A stretch of 64,000 bases of DNA. It comes from Leucoraja ocellata (lineage: Eukaryota). The notes beneath the pieces are model-generated. The model was not told the DNA's origin and did not search any database. It was given only the letters and a program-made list of their open reading frames with translations. The stretch is taken from contig JAWMAR010000160.1 in NCBI GenBank assembly GCA_036785375.1, positions 2,418,001 through 2,482,000 on the forward strand. Reading direction: 5' to 3'. Within the stretch, counting starts at the first letter, position 1, and each line of letters starts with the position of its first letter. Shown piece after piece: positions 1-12,460 of this stretch. Made by a program: the position numbers and the translations under genes.

Positions 1-485
1 GCTGGGCGGAGATCCACGCTGGCGGCCCCCGGCAGAAGGACCCAGGACTCTGCGATGTTGAAGTCAGCGCTGCCCGCGCTGGGAGCTCTACGAACCACAG
101 CCCCGCGATGTTGTTGCAGCAGGCCCAGCACTCCGGAGCTTCAAATGGCGATCACAGGTAGGCATCGCCCGCTCCACGATGAATCCAGCGCTGCTCCGCC
201 GTTGCTGGATCTCTGGTCGGTCCCCGGTCCCCAGCAGGAAAGGCCGCGCCAATCCAGGTGGTAAGCCGCAAAGAGGGGGGCGAGGACTCGGCTCGGAGAA
301 TAGTCGCATCCTCGCCAGGAAATGACTGGGAAACGGTTTTCCCCTTACCCTACCCCCCTCCCCCACATAGAAAAACTAAAGAACCCTCCAAAACATACTG
401 TTAAGACAAACTAAAATTAAAAAAATATAGAAAAAATGGACTGACTGGAGGCAGAGGCTGCCATCAATGCGGCGCCCCTAGTGGG
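1..485 (-). mobile_element. GC-rich non-autonomous retroelement, 5' part (same family as 20036-20910), cut by the window edge
   Basis: Reverse complement shares the ggggcgc head, T-rich spacer, G-run-aagggggaaa(a)ccg block and GC-rich body with the 20036 copy. Confidence 0.7.
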
Positions 486-837
486 AATAGATGTTCATCT
501 ATCTGTCACCAGGTCTCTGTTTGTAACTTACTGGCATGCAATCTGTAAAGCACTATCCATTGACAAACAGGCATGATTGGAATAACCAACTATACCAATT
601 AACCAATCTCAGTAATATGCTCTTTTCGACACACAGGGGGAGATGCGGTGGATCTAGGCACACCAAACACAGAGATAATCATTTCAATTTACAGCTGACA
701 TGCGCATTAAAACCCTTCAGCTTGTCCCACTAATGCAGTGATCAAAAAAGCACAGCGGCAGATTTACTTTCTTAGGCATCTGATAAGATTTGGCACATCA
801 TAGAGTCATACAGCACTGATATAGGCCCGTTAATTCA

Positions 838-1045
838 ACTTCTCCCCATGACCTGCATGGGTTTTCTCTGCGTGCTCCGGTTTCCTCACACACTCCAAAG
901 ACGTGTAAGCTTCTAGGTTAATTGGCTTGGTAAAATTGTAAATTGTCCCTAGTGTGTAGGATAGTGCTGGTGTAAGTGGTGATTGCTGGCCGGCACAGAC
1001 TCAGAGGGCCAAAGGGCCTGTTTCCGCACTGTAAAAACTTAGATT
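838..1045 (+). mobile_element. HE1/V-SINE-like SINE, 5'-truncated
   Basis: V-domain text tctcccc.tgacc.gc.tgggttttctc...ctccaaagacgtg; CR1-type tail gggccaaagggcctgtttcc. Confidence 0.8.
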
Positions 1046-1094
1046 AAAACACTTTGCTATGCAGACATTGCCATGTTAACACAAAGATGCAGTC

Positions 1095-1345
1095 ATTTGG
1101 GTTTGATCCCGACTACAGGAGCTGTCTGTACAGAGTTTGTATGTTCTCCCCATGACTGCGTGGGTTTTCTCCAAGATCTTCAGTTATCTCCCACACTACA
1201 AAGACCTACAGGTTTGTAGGTTAATTGGCATGGTGTATGTGTAAAATTGTCCCAAGTGCGGGGATCGCTGGTCGGTGCGGACTCGGTGGACTGAGGGGCT
1301 TGTTTCCTCGCTGTATCTCTAAACTAAACTAAATTAAACTAAATT
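1095..1345 (+). mobile_element. HE1/V-SINE-like SINE
   Basis: B-box-like gggtttgatccc, V-domain, tail tgtatctct(aaact)n. Confidence 0.85.
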
Positions 1346-1699
1346 ACAAACTATTCTCAAGCTATGTGATTGTCATAAAAATAAAGCCATGAACATCTTC
1401 ACTTTGATCATTCTGATGCAGTTAGTCCATCAGCCCATTATGAATAATGATTCATATGCATGATCAAGAAACCAAAGTTACAACAAGGTCACTTATATCT
1501 TTTAGCAGAGAGCTTTCCAATTAGATGATACTGTATGTTGCCATCTTCAATACTTCACATTCACTTGATTTTCTCCTTTCATCTTGTCAAGTTGCAGATT
1601 ATACAGTAGCTGCAGTACAACCCGGTTCCTATAACACCGAATGAAACCTTCTGTGAATAGCTATCTTTCATGAAGCCTTAGTCACACTATTATGTGTTG

Positions 1700-1865
1700 A
1701 TCATTAGGTCATGGGTTCAAATCTTGCTCGAGGAACTTGAACACAGATATCTAGACCGGCAATCCTGTGCTGGTACAAGGGAACGTTGCGCTTGCAAAAG
1801 GGCCACACTGACAAAATGCAACACTCTCAGGGGAACAGTAGTGTGGGAATGTGAGCAGTGCGTCA
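1700..1865 (+). mobile_element. Old tRNA-derived SINE (DeuSINE/SacSINE-like) fragment
   Basis: gggttcaaatc B-box followed by degenerate Deu-like text. Confidence 0.4.
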
Positions 1866-1869
1866 TTGA

Positions 1870-2060
1870 AATACGAGGAACTGCAAATGCTGGTTTACAA
1901 AGAAAGACACAAAGTCCTGAAGTAACTCAGTGGGACAGTCAGCATCTCTGGAGAAATGGATAGGTGACGTTTTGTGTTGGAACCCTTATTCAGACATTGT
2001 GGGGAGGAAGGGAGAAAACTGGATGAAAGGAGGGATAGGACAAAGCCTGGCTGGTAATTA
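1870..2060 (-). mobile_element. Penelope-like terminal fragment
   Basis: ggaactgcaaatgctgg...gtaactcagtgggaca..cagcatctctggaga...gtgacgtttt...cccttattcagac family text. Confidence 0.75.
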
Positions 2061-2989
2061 GTACGGGTGTCAGGGGTAATGGGGAGAAGGCAGGAGAATG
2101 GGGATAGGAGAGATATATAGATCAGCCATGATTGAATGTCGGAACAGACTTGTTGGGCCGAATGGCCTAATTCTGCTCCTATCACTTATGACAATAGGTT
2201 GATACAGGTGAGGTGGGGGGGGGGGGGGGGGGGGGAGGGGGGCAAATGGTGCACAAGGGCCAGAGATGAAAAGAGTTACAGAGTGAAGCTCTCTCTACAC
2301 TGTCCATCAAATCTTCCAGGTGGAGTTAAACACAGAGTAGAGATCCTTCTATACTGTGTCAGTAAACCTACATTCAGAAAAGACCATTGGAATTTGTTGT
2401 GCTACCCTGCCTGCAGGAGTGTTGTGCTCGCCAGCATTTAAAGCAATTTGCAAGTTCCTTGTGCAGGAGTCGCAACCTGCCAGGAGGATGTCATTGGTGA
2501 AATATTTCATTTGCGTGGGTACAATGTTCCTCATAAATAGCTTTGTACCTTTTCAAATTGCAGAGAGTGGACACATTGATCTAATCGGTTTGGGCTGCTT
2601 TCACAGCTAAGTCTGCATCAACCATCCCACTGGAATTCCTACCTTGACGTCATGCAGAAAATATCAATGGTGTGGCAGTGGAAATATAAATCAGGATCAA
2701 ACAGCAAATTTAAAATGCTCCCGTCTTCCAAGATAGATAGCTTGCATCAGGACACTATCAAGATCATATCTATGTTAGTCCACATTATATTTGCTGCCTT
2801 AAACCAGAAAATAAATCTTCATGTCAAGGCTAGTCAATCATTATTACTAATCTAAACTAAACCCAGCAGACCTAACATCCCACCTGTCTCAATAGCATGA
2901 CAAATGCTCTGCTTTTCCTCAGTCAGATATTAATGTCATTATACAGGAGGTGAACATATTTCTATCTGCGCATACGTTTATGTATCAAC

Positions 2990-3202
2990 GTTTATAAACA
3001 TGCATGTGTCTATATATTTTGATATGTGCATGTACATACATGCGTTTAAATATTAAAGTATATATATATATATACACAAGTGTGTGTGCGTGTGTGCGTG
3101 CTTAAATATATAAACGCATGAACTTACATACATGTACATACATTTAAATGTATTTAACTGTATGTACATGTATGTACATACATGCATTTAAATATTAAAG
3201 CG

Positions 3203-3239
<37 letters not shown>

Positions 3240-3500
3240 CTTAATATTTAAACACATGTATGTACATTCATGTACATACAATTAAATACATTTAAATGCA
3301 TGTATTGAAATTCATGTATGCAGTCTCCATGTGCTTGGACATAGTTACGTGCATGCATTGGATTGTGTGTATGTGTGTATTTGTATACTGCACCTCTACA
3401 TGTTTCGATGCAGTGTATATTTATCTATGTTCAGTCTCTAGATGTGCAGCTATATGCATGTATGTTTCTGTATTCCACTGCGTTTGTGTTTGTTTCGCTG
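2990..3500. repeat. AT/GT-rich low-complexity region with (TA)n and palindromic units
   Basis: (TA)n, (TG)n and repeated tgtacatacatgc.tttaaatattaaag units. Confidence 0.85.
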
Positions 3501-3539
3501 CATGTAAAAACAAATTAATTAGAAAAGGTAGCTGGGAAA

Positions 3540-6420
3540 GTGATGTATTATAGTTTCAGAACATGGGAACCTGGATAGTATTCCCAGAGGGCAGTCATAA
3601 TATCCAACCCAAATTTGCAAATGGTCAGGGACGGGATGGCGTGACTGCAAACGAAGCAGGTAGACAGACCCAGAGGACAGTTCCAGAGGAGGCTTGGCCC
3701 TTACGTTTGTCCAACAGATACAAGGTTCTTGCTCCCACGTTGGATGAGAGAGTTACTGCAGGGTGGATGAGCAACTGCCCAAAGCACCATGGCACAGGGA
3801 GTATTTTAAGCAGGGAAGTAAAGAGAAATGCAGTGGTTATAGAGGATAGCACAGTTAGGGAAACTGCTTTCTGCCACAGACAGACCTAAATGCTTTGTTG
3901 CTGCTGGGGTTAAGGGCATCTCCTCTGGGCTAGAGAACAACATGGAACAGGTTTCGCTTTCCCCGTTACGGAGGGGCAAGATCCAATTGGAGTAGGAGGG
4001 GAACTAACTACAAAGGTAGGACTAGGAAGGTTGTTCTGCTGAAGGATTATGAGTACAGTGCAAAATTGAAACGCAGAATCACAAGCGTAATGGATTATTA
4101 CCTGAGTCATGTACAAATGTGCGGCAGACACCATGGTGAGGTAGAAATCGCCGCAGGTTTACGATTCATGGGATACTGGTACCTGTAGTGGGGAAAGAGG
4201 TCGTGTGGCGAAGGGCTTCACCCAAATCGTGCTGGGACCTGTGTACTGGTGAATCGCATAAATAGGGTTGTAGATAGAGCGTTAAATTATATAGCTGGGT
4301 GCTAGTGAGAGCTCCATGATGGAATGTTTAATACATCATGAGGATATGAGAGAATGCCAGCACGGAAAAGTGAGGGGGAGATTAATGACCAAAGTATAAC
4401 AATAAATGGGAACAGACAGATTCACTCAGCAAATCTAGAGTTAGTAAAATCTAAAATTTGAAGGTTACTGGTCTTTATTTGAATGCATGCATTTGCAGTA
4501 AGATTAATGAGTTGACGGTATAGATAGAAACATAGAAAATAGGTGGAGCAGGCCATTCGACCCTTCGAGCCAGCACCACCATTCAATATGATCATGGCTG
4601 ATCATCCAGAATCTGTACCCTTTTCCTGCTTTCTCCCCATATCCCTTGATTCCGTTAGCCCTAAAAGCTAAATCTAACTCTTGAATATGATCTGATAGAT
4701 ATTACAGAGATGTGGTTGCAGGGTGCCCCTGACTGGGTGCTCACGATTCCAGGTTATACACAATTCATAGAACTTTGTTTATCCCAGGAGGGAAGTTGAT
4801 CTGTCAACAGTCGTAAAACAACAAGACACATGAAACATGAAATTAAAGTGACCAGTGGAAAGTCCAGGATCGGGGATGTGCAAAGATTTGGGGGGTTGGT
4901 GGGGGGTGGGGGGGGTGGACAAGTAGTGGGGAAGGAGGGTGCTATTGCATTGAGAATCATCTATAGGCTCCCAAAGTGTGGCCTCTTGATTGGAAAGAAA
5001 ATAAATGGGGAAATATATAGGGGGGTTTTTGAAGGGAACACCAATTGCCCTGGGAGATGTTCATCTACATTATGATTAAACTGACCAAATTGGCGAAGGC
5101 ATTGTAGAAGATACATTTGCGGAGTGTATCAAGGTTTGTTGCTCAGTATCTTGCTGGGATTTGGCTATTTTAGATTTGGTCACGAACAAGAAAGAAGAGA
5201 TATTGTGGTTAGAGATCCCCAGGAGGTAGTGACCACAGTATAGTACAATTTCAGATGTAGTTTGAGGATAAACAGTAGACCAAAACCACTGACCAGCCTA
5301 AATAAGGGCAATTATAATGGTGTGAATGTGGGATTGTCTGAAGTGGACTTGGGAGGATAAGATGAGAGTCAGGACAGTAAATGAACAGTGGCAGATAGTC
5401 AAACCTCAGGTCCTTAAGAATCAGCAGAAATCTATCTCAATTAGGACGAGGGAATACCTGAGAAAGGGGCATAATTTGTATTTAAACGGAGGTCAAGGAT
5501 AATGTTAAATGAAAATATGAAGTGGTGAGAGGCCAGAGGACTGGGAAGTTTTTAAGATCTAGCAGCAAAAGACATAAAAGCCCATAAGAATGGAGAAAAT
5601 TGATTTTGTGTGAAAAAGGGGATTGATTTAAAAGCAAACTATGAGTTGGAGACATAAGAGATTGCAGATGCTGTAATCTAAAGCAAAATACAAGCTGATG
5701 AAGGAACTCAGCGGTCAGCTATCATCTATGGAGACAGTGGGGTGTTTGACATGCAAATAGGAAGAGTTTCCATGCATAGAAAATTGGGAGAAGGCTGTTA
5801 AGGTAAGTGTGGGATCTCTGGAGAACGAGGCTGGTGAATTAAAAGAAGCAAATAAAGAAATGGCAGGTATTGTTGAATCAATTATTTGCATGGGGGACAC
5901 TGCAAATATCCCTAAGATTACAGGTGGGCTAACTTCAAATGACAGGATGGAACGTAAAAATCCCATAGATGTGGCATAATCAAAGAATCATGCAGCCTGG
6001 AAACAGGCCCATCAGCTCAACTCATCCATGCTAACCAAGACGTCCCACCTAAGCTATCCATATGCCCACATTTGACATATCCCTCTCCTACCCATGTACC
6101 TGTCCAAGAGGCTTTTAAATGTTGTTATTGTTAAATCATTAGAGAAATGCATGCCATTTTAGATAGACAACCCCCTTGGACTGGATTAGCTGCACCTTGG
6201 TTTTTTATAGAATGGGCTACAGAGATAGGGGACCCATTGACTCAAAATGTTCGACAACTGCAAAATTCTGGGAATGTACTAGAAAATTGAAAAACAGCAA
6301 ATGTTTCCCTGGTCGAAAAGGGAAGAAGACAGAAGGTGGGGACTTTAAGATGTTAGTTTAATATATAAATGCTAGAGTCAATAATCAAAGAGGAAGTAAC
6401 CAACCATTTAGGAAATCTGA
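3540..6420 (+). mobile_element. Degraded CR1 LINE (ORF1 esterase region, APE endonuclease, start of RT region) with nested insertions
   Basis: Translated remnants LSNRYKVL and AVVIEDSTVR (CR1 ORF1 SGNH-like), YLNA, ITEMWLQG..DWVLTIPGY and IYRLP (APE); many stops and frameshifts. Confidence 0.8.
4525..4683 (-). mobile_element. CR1 3' end inserted in the older CR1
   Basis: atagaaacatagaaaataggtg..gcaggccattcg.cccttcgagcc...tgatcatggctgatc is the reversed CR1 tail. Confidence 0.8.
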
Positions 6421-6423
6421 ATA

Positions 6424-7086
6424 CAGGCAGTTCCTGAGTTACAAGTCCATGCCTGAGAACTGATTCTAACCTGAATTTTTGTCAGTCAGAAATGAACAAA
6501 TTCACAAAAACAGTTGTAATGGAAGAGCAAGCAGGCATGAGAAGAGTGGCCGTCAACCAACCTGGCAACTCAGGAAGTGATCTGTTGAGTTTGCTCAGTG
6601 CTCCCAGATCTTCCCCGCTTGACCCAGGTCGCGATGGTTGCAGCTCATGAGAGTAGGGTAATGGGGAGGCCGGGGAGAGAAGGAAGATAGAAATGCTCCA
6701 ATCCCACTCGGCAGAAGATGCCTGCAGCTCTGTAGCAGCTGGCAAATCCCTCCCCATTCATCATGCGAGACTCCAGGGAAATAACCCTACTCAACTCCAA
6801 ATTGTACCACCTGCAACCCTGTAATAGCTGGCAAATCCAACCCCATGCAGACCTCCAAACAGCCGGTACAGTGGCTCAAATCACTAATTCCAGCTAAAGG
6901 TATCACATCCGCCTGCAGAATGCAGCTACATGGTCACGTTCCAACCATACAATCCAACTCTAAATCACTTGATTCACATGTGAAGCTCCACTATAAAGTT
7001 AGAGACGCATAACTTGTTTCTAAAAATTGTTTAAAAATTAATTGGAAATTTTTCGTAAAATAGAAAATTTGTAAATCAGGTCTGTC
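6424..7086. mobile_element. Old Tigger/pogo-like DNA transposon remnant
   Basis: TA|caggcagttcctgagttac left end; degenerate right end ttcgtaa...tttgtaaatcaggtctgtc. Confidence 0.45.
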
Positions 7087-7255
7087 TTAACCATGTGCCT
7101 GCCTGCCTGCCTGCCTGTGTAATTAAAACTGGTCAAGATAGTTTCATGAAAGGTAAATTACTGAAATACAGCATCAACTCATGCATAGATTATCAATGGA
7201 TAAATACTTCAACTTCCTGTGACAAGATTACTAACCCTGCAAGTAGAGTTACTTA

Positions 7256-7625
7256 TGTCCGGGAGCAGGAAAGACTGCAAAAAGTTGTGACCACTGCCCA
7301 ATTATAAAGAAGGCACATCAGCGCCTCTACTTCCTGAGAAGATTACGGACAGTTGATTTGTCAAGGAGGACTCTCTCGAACTTCTACAGGTGCACAGTGG
7401 AGAGCATACTGACTGGCTGTATCTTGGCTTGATTCGGCAACTTGATCGTTCAAGAGAGGAAAAAATGCAGAAAGTTGTGACCACTGCCCAGTCCATCATC
7501 GGCTTTGACCTCCCCACCATCGAAGGGATCTATCGAAGTCGCTGCCTCAAAAAGGCAGCCAAAATCATCAAAGACCCACACACACATTTCACCATTGCCA
7601 TCGGGAAGAAGGTACAGAAGCCTGT
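7256..7625 (+). mobile_element. Rex1/Babar LINE RT C-terminal fragment
   Basis: KKAHQRLYFLRRLR...NFYRCTVESILTGCI...RCLKKAAKIIKDP..PSGRRYRSL. Confidence 0.85.
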
Positions 7626-8552
7626 GCAGAGTATTTACAGTAACTTCTGTTTTGATATTTGATATGTCCATCCTTTGTGTTTGTTACTTATATCCATGAT
7701 TAGCCCTTTGAAGGCACATAATCTTTCTCAGTTAGTCTATGGTGACAGCAAATCAACTATGTCTCCAAGTAGAGGTTACTCTTTATGATACAGGCAATGC
7801 CCATGGCCAGTTTAACTGCAGAAGACATTGGGGTCCAGCCCAATGCCATCCTCATAAGCATTCTGCCTGGCAGAGGCCAGAATAGTGCCCAGAAGGAAGA
7901 ATCCTCCATGATTTACCTTTCTTACCCCGGAGACACTGAAAATGATCATAGTGTCCCTTCCACTGTTCCCACTGCAATCAGATAAGATTCAGCAGAGATC
8001 AGAATAGAGATCCCAAGAGTTCTGGACTGTAAGACTGAATTATCAACTGTTTTTTCTTAAATAACCCATCAGTGAGAAACAATATCATTTCTATCCAATT
8101 TGAACACTGCTTCATATAAAGAATTGAGCACACAACATACAGCCAGAGTGAAACCACAAGAGCAAAATGTAGTCCTTTATAAAATGTATCAACCACCACC
8201 CTTTACCCTCCTCAGCCAGCTACAACACACCCGTGGTCTACGGAAGAACCATACAGTGCTTTATACTGAAACCTCTGCCTATTGCCTCATGTTCAAAACT
8301 GCAACATGACTTTCAAACAGCTAATCAGTGGCTGCAGTGAAACACATAACAATTTATAGAAAATTAGATTGAGATACACGAGAGATTCACAAGAAATCAA
8401 AGCGTTGCAAAGACCAGCAGAAAATATATGATTAATAAAAATACAAGACTAAGGCACGATCACCATCGTTGGTTAAAATACAGCCAGATTCTGCAGTAGC
8501 TCACTGTGAGGTTCAAAAACGAAGCGTGCAGCGAGATAAAACCGAGGCTCAC

Positions 8553-8830
8553 CTTTATAATAACTGAGAATGGTTAGGTCAGTCAGTTACAAGGAGAGAA
8601 TCTATAAAGGGAAGATAGTCCAAAAATAAAATCCCCAGCTCTTGCACAGGAGAACCCCATTCACAGAACCTTCTCTTTGTTTATCAACGTGCGCAGCCTG
8701 ACGATGTGGCAGCTCAGTTAATCACTGTGTGCAGAGCGAGAGAGAGAGAGAGAGTACAGAAGACAAGGGAAGCAAGGAAAGACTGCAGATCCAGCGGAGC
8801 TTGTGAATAAAGAAAGAGATGTGATGTGTG
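8553..8830 (-). other. Probable non-coding first exon (5'UTR) of a gene running leftwards
   Basis: On the - strand: CA/CT microsatellites, then unique CpG-containing sequence ending AAAG|GTGAGC (donor 8552-8547). No downstream coding exon identified. Confidence 0.4.
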
Positions 8831-9506
8831 CTTGTGAGTGTGGACGTGTGTCTGTGTGTGAGTGAGCGAGTGAGTAAGTGTATGTGTGTGTGTTGGGGGG
8901 GGGGGTGGAGCGACGGTGGAACTATACAGGGAGATTCTTGCTGTGCTTCTTATAGATTCACTCCCCATGAGAGCTCACCAAGGAAGCCATGAGGAGGTAT
9001 TTACATCATCATATCTATCCCTTCAGAATACATGTATAAAAATATTTAAAGATAATATTTAAATCAATTTAAGAAAAATATCCAGTTAGACAGTCACTTG
9101 CTCTCTGGGAAATCTCACCGAACCACCTAAGAAGGCAAGATCTTCTTCTGACGTAACGGAACATCAATTATATAATGACAGCTGTAGTTAAATTCACCTG
9201 GGGATTTTTCCAGTTAAGGAAATAATCCACCCAATATTTCCCATTCAGGCAATGTTGGATTGTTTAGGTGCTATTCTCAGGAATAAGAAAGTTAGCCTGG
9301 GATGCTATTTCTAGATTCTATCCAATGATGCCAGCTGCAGGCTAGGCTAGGCTTGGGCAGAGTTCTAATGCTGTCCCTTGGTGAATATCCCACTAATGCT
9401 GACGATTTAAACTCCAAAATAAAGAATAGCCATTTGGAAAAAGCACCGAGAATCTTGGTAGAAATTTACTGCAGTTTCTTGTCTAAGCATAAAATTCATA
9501 ATTATC

Positions 9507-9715
9507 ATGCAAAACACAAGGTGCTGGAAGAACTCAGCTGGTCAGGCAGCATCTAGGGAGGGAGTGGACAGATGCCATCTTGGGTCGGGACGCTTCTTCA
9601 AGTCTGAACCTGAAACGTTGCCTGTCTATTACCTCAACGTTCTGCCCGACTCACTGTGTTTCTCCAGCTATTTGTGTTTTGCACTAGATTCCAGCATATG
9701 ACGTTTCTTGTGTCT
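9507..9715. mobile_element. Penelope-like termini as an inverted pair (old)
   Basis: aaaacacaaggtgctggaagaactcagc... mirrored by ...gtttctccagctatttgtgttttgc. Confidence 0.75.
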
Positions 9716-10084
9716 TCATAATTACCATATCTTCTGCTTTAGCCCAGAAAACAATGAGCATTCTAAATCTCTCCTATGGAAACAGGATTAGGGTGAACTT
9801 CAGTAATTCAGCAAAGAAGCCACTTCCCTAACTGTCTTAGTGAAATTGATACGTGAAAATGAGGCAGAGTTCTGCAATGAGGCGCAGGAACAAATGGTCA
9901 CGTAACCTTTGCCCTCATCGTAGGAGTGTTTGTAAAACAGGAAGATTATATTAAAGTAGAGCTAGAGCGCTGATCCAGAAAAACGCTCTACTGAGATATG
10001 GAGTGAGGTTTGAAGGGTGAGATGGAGTTGGTGGGAATGGGTGCAGATTGCAATACTTAGGCCTTTCGAAAAGGAAAGAGTACC

Positions 10085-10270
10085 TTGCAACATTTGGCAA
10101 CCCTCAGCTCTTCCCAGAGCACTTTAGAACTAACTGTCCTTTAAAATGCTGATTGTTATTATATTGTCAGATATGTGGCAGCCAATTTGCACACCACAGA
10201 CCATAATTTCATAATAACCAATTAATCCACTTTCCTAACATTGAGTGATGGGTAAATACCACTTTAGGGC
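10085..10270 (-). mobile_element. DeuSINE/SacSINE-like 3' fragment
   Basis: cccagagcacttta...gtggcagccaatttgcacacc text typical of shark L2-tailed SINEs. Confidence 0.5.
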
Positions 10271-10859
10271 AGCTGCTTCCCTCCCCGGCCACAATGCAGT
10301 GGTTCCGCACCCAGAGTGCCGCCGCAGTGGTGAGTGAGTGAGTTACTGGCATGATCCCCGACCCCCTCCTTCTCAATGCTCCTGCCCTCTCCACAACTTT
10401 ACCCCTGACCAGGCTCCCCACACGCTGTGAAAGGAACTCTCCCTCCAATTGGACCCTTGAACAAGTAATGTAATTCAATAAGATCACAACTGATTCAACT
10501 TGTCCCGGTGTGCTCCCGTTTTTCCCACCATCTCTCCACCTGCCGTCACCCACCACCCCCCACCCATTCAGTAATTCAGAATGAATGAGATCTGGAAGCC
10601 TTGGGCAAATTGCTTTCTTTACTTTTATTTTTTTTTGAGCGTGAGAAATTCTATGTCCCACCAGCCTTCTTTCAAAATTTAGCAACTCAAAATGGGGGTG
10701 CATTTTAATTGCCAGGAAATATGGTACTTTATAAAGAGATTTGGCTTTTGAAGACTATAAAAGTCGACTGACAGCTTATGGAGAGAACAATCTGCACATG
10801 CGCAGTTTAAGATTTTTTTAAAGCCGACTGACAGCCTACCCTGAGTAATTACTCACGGC

Positions 10860-10993
10860 ACGTGCATGGCTTGGTGTATGTGTAAATTGTCCCTAGTAGT
10901 AGGATAGTGTTAATCTGCGGGGATCGCTGGTCGGTGCGGACTCAGTGGGCCGAAGGGCCTGTTTCCCTGCTGTATCTCTAAACTAAACTAAAC
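10860..10993 (+). mobile_element. HE1/V-SINE-like SINE 3' part
   Basis: Near match to 1225-1340; ends gggccgaagggcctgtttccctgctgtatctct(aaact)n. Confidence 0.85.
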
Positions 10994-12199
10994 TCGAAAG
11001 GATGCTAGGTACAATTCACCTATTTTTCTCTGGAATCTTTCACATCTACGTGAGAGAACTTAACCTGAACCATGGCACCACTGACAGAGCAACACGCCCT
11101 CAACACGCCCTGCACATCCGCCTTGAGTTTCATCCTGCTTGCTGCATTAAACAGGCTATGACATTACGTACTTCCGTCTAAGACATTCTCCACTATGAAA
11201 TTTGGTTCCATTGACTTCATTTTGTCCTGACCAGGACAATTGTTTAGACAATGGGACTTAAACACAAATTCTTCTGATTCAGAGGCAAGACTGTGGCCAG
11301 ACAAACCATGGAAGGAGTACTACCCAGAGACTAATATAATTTAGTTTTACTTGTTTATCTTAAAGGGAGCAATACTGGAATTAGATTAGATAATTGTTAC
11401 ATCTATCTTTACACTGGATATCAGTGTGATAGCAATATCCTTTAATATTCCTTGAAGCTTACAATCAATCTTAAATCAAAGAATGTTGGATGATATAATG
11501 GACTGACACAGTTATGAGGAAAGCTTATTATTCTGAAATGCTAATTAAGTCTAATTTTACAGATACATTCAGCAGGCCTGGAGGATGGTTCAAAGTCCGT
11601 TGTACTCCTTTTCTTTTGAGAAACTAGAAGTAATTTTCAAGGTTTCCAGAGGTTGCTAATTTTATTAATTCCTCGCAGGGTCACTGGTAGCAGATTTAGA
11701 CTTGTTCCTAACAAATGGAACCAGCGTTTTTAATATTCCAGACCTTTACATTCTTCCACCTTCATTGTTAAGCATTTTCAAGAACTGGAAAAGACTGAAT
11801 ATGAAAACGTGACAACTATTATTTTAAAAAGTAAAAAATTGTGGGTGCTATAAAATGTTCAGTAAGCCAGGCAGCATTTATGGAGAGGAAAACAGTGTGA
11901 ATGTTGTGGTTTAATGAACCTTCATTAGACATACCAATCTGAAATGTTAATTGTTTCGCTCTACACAGACACCTCAACCTCATAAACATTTCTATTTACT
12001 GATTAGAAACCCCATGAACATCCTTCAATGTCTTCTCTTTCTCAAAAGCAGCAAGACTACTGTCTTAAAGTTTCAGGAATTGGCTGAGATGCCATCTCCC
12101 AGCCATCCCTATTAAGATTAATCTAGTATGTGTAGTGTGAAAAAATAAGATAGAGATAAAGAATAAGTTAAATGGATATTTGAAAAATATTAACAGAAT

Positions 12200-12460
12200 T
12201 AGACAAAATCAACGGATTTCTATAAGAGAAATTATACTTGACTAACCCAGTGGAGTTTTTTTTGAGTATGCAACTGGAGGAATTGACAAGAGAAAACTAG
12301 TAGAGGTGGCTTACTTTGATTTTCAGAAAACCTTTCATAAACTCACATTTTTAAATGGTTGGTTTTTAGGCATAATGAATTGAAAATTAGTAATAGAAGA
12401 TAGGATTAAATTGGTCTTATTTATGGTGGTAGGTGGTAATTTGTGGATTATCACAGGGAT
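12200..12460 (+). mobile_element. Degraded CR1 RT fragment
   Basis: Remnant LTN.VEFF...D....VEVAYFDFQKTF.K.H (CLTNLLEFFE/VYLDFQKAFDKVPH motif). Confidence 0.7.

Noticed and set aside
2643-2798. - strand exon-like segment with a single in-frame TGA (selenocysteine idea)
   Set aside because: No selenoprotein motif, no SECIS seen and no linked exons
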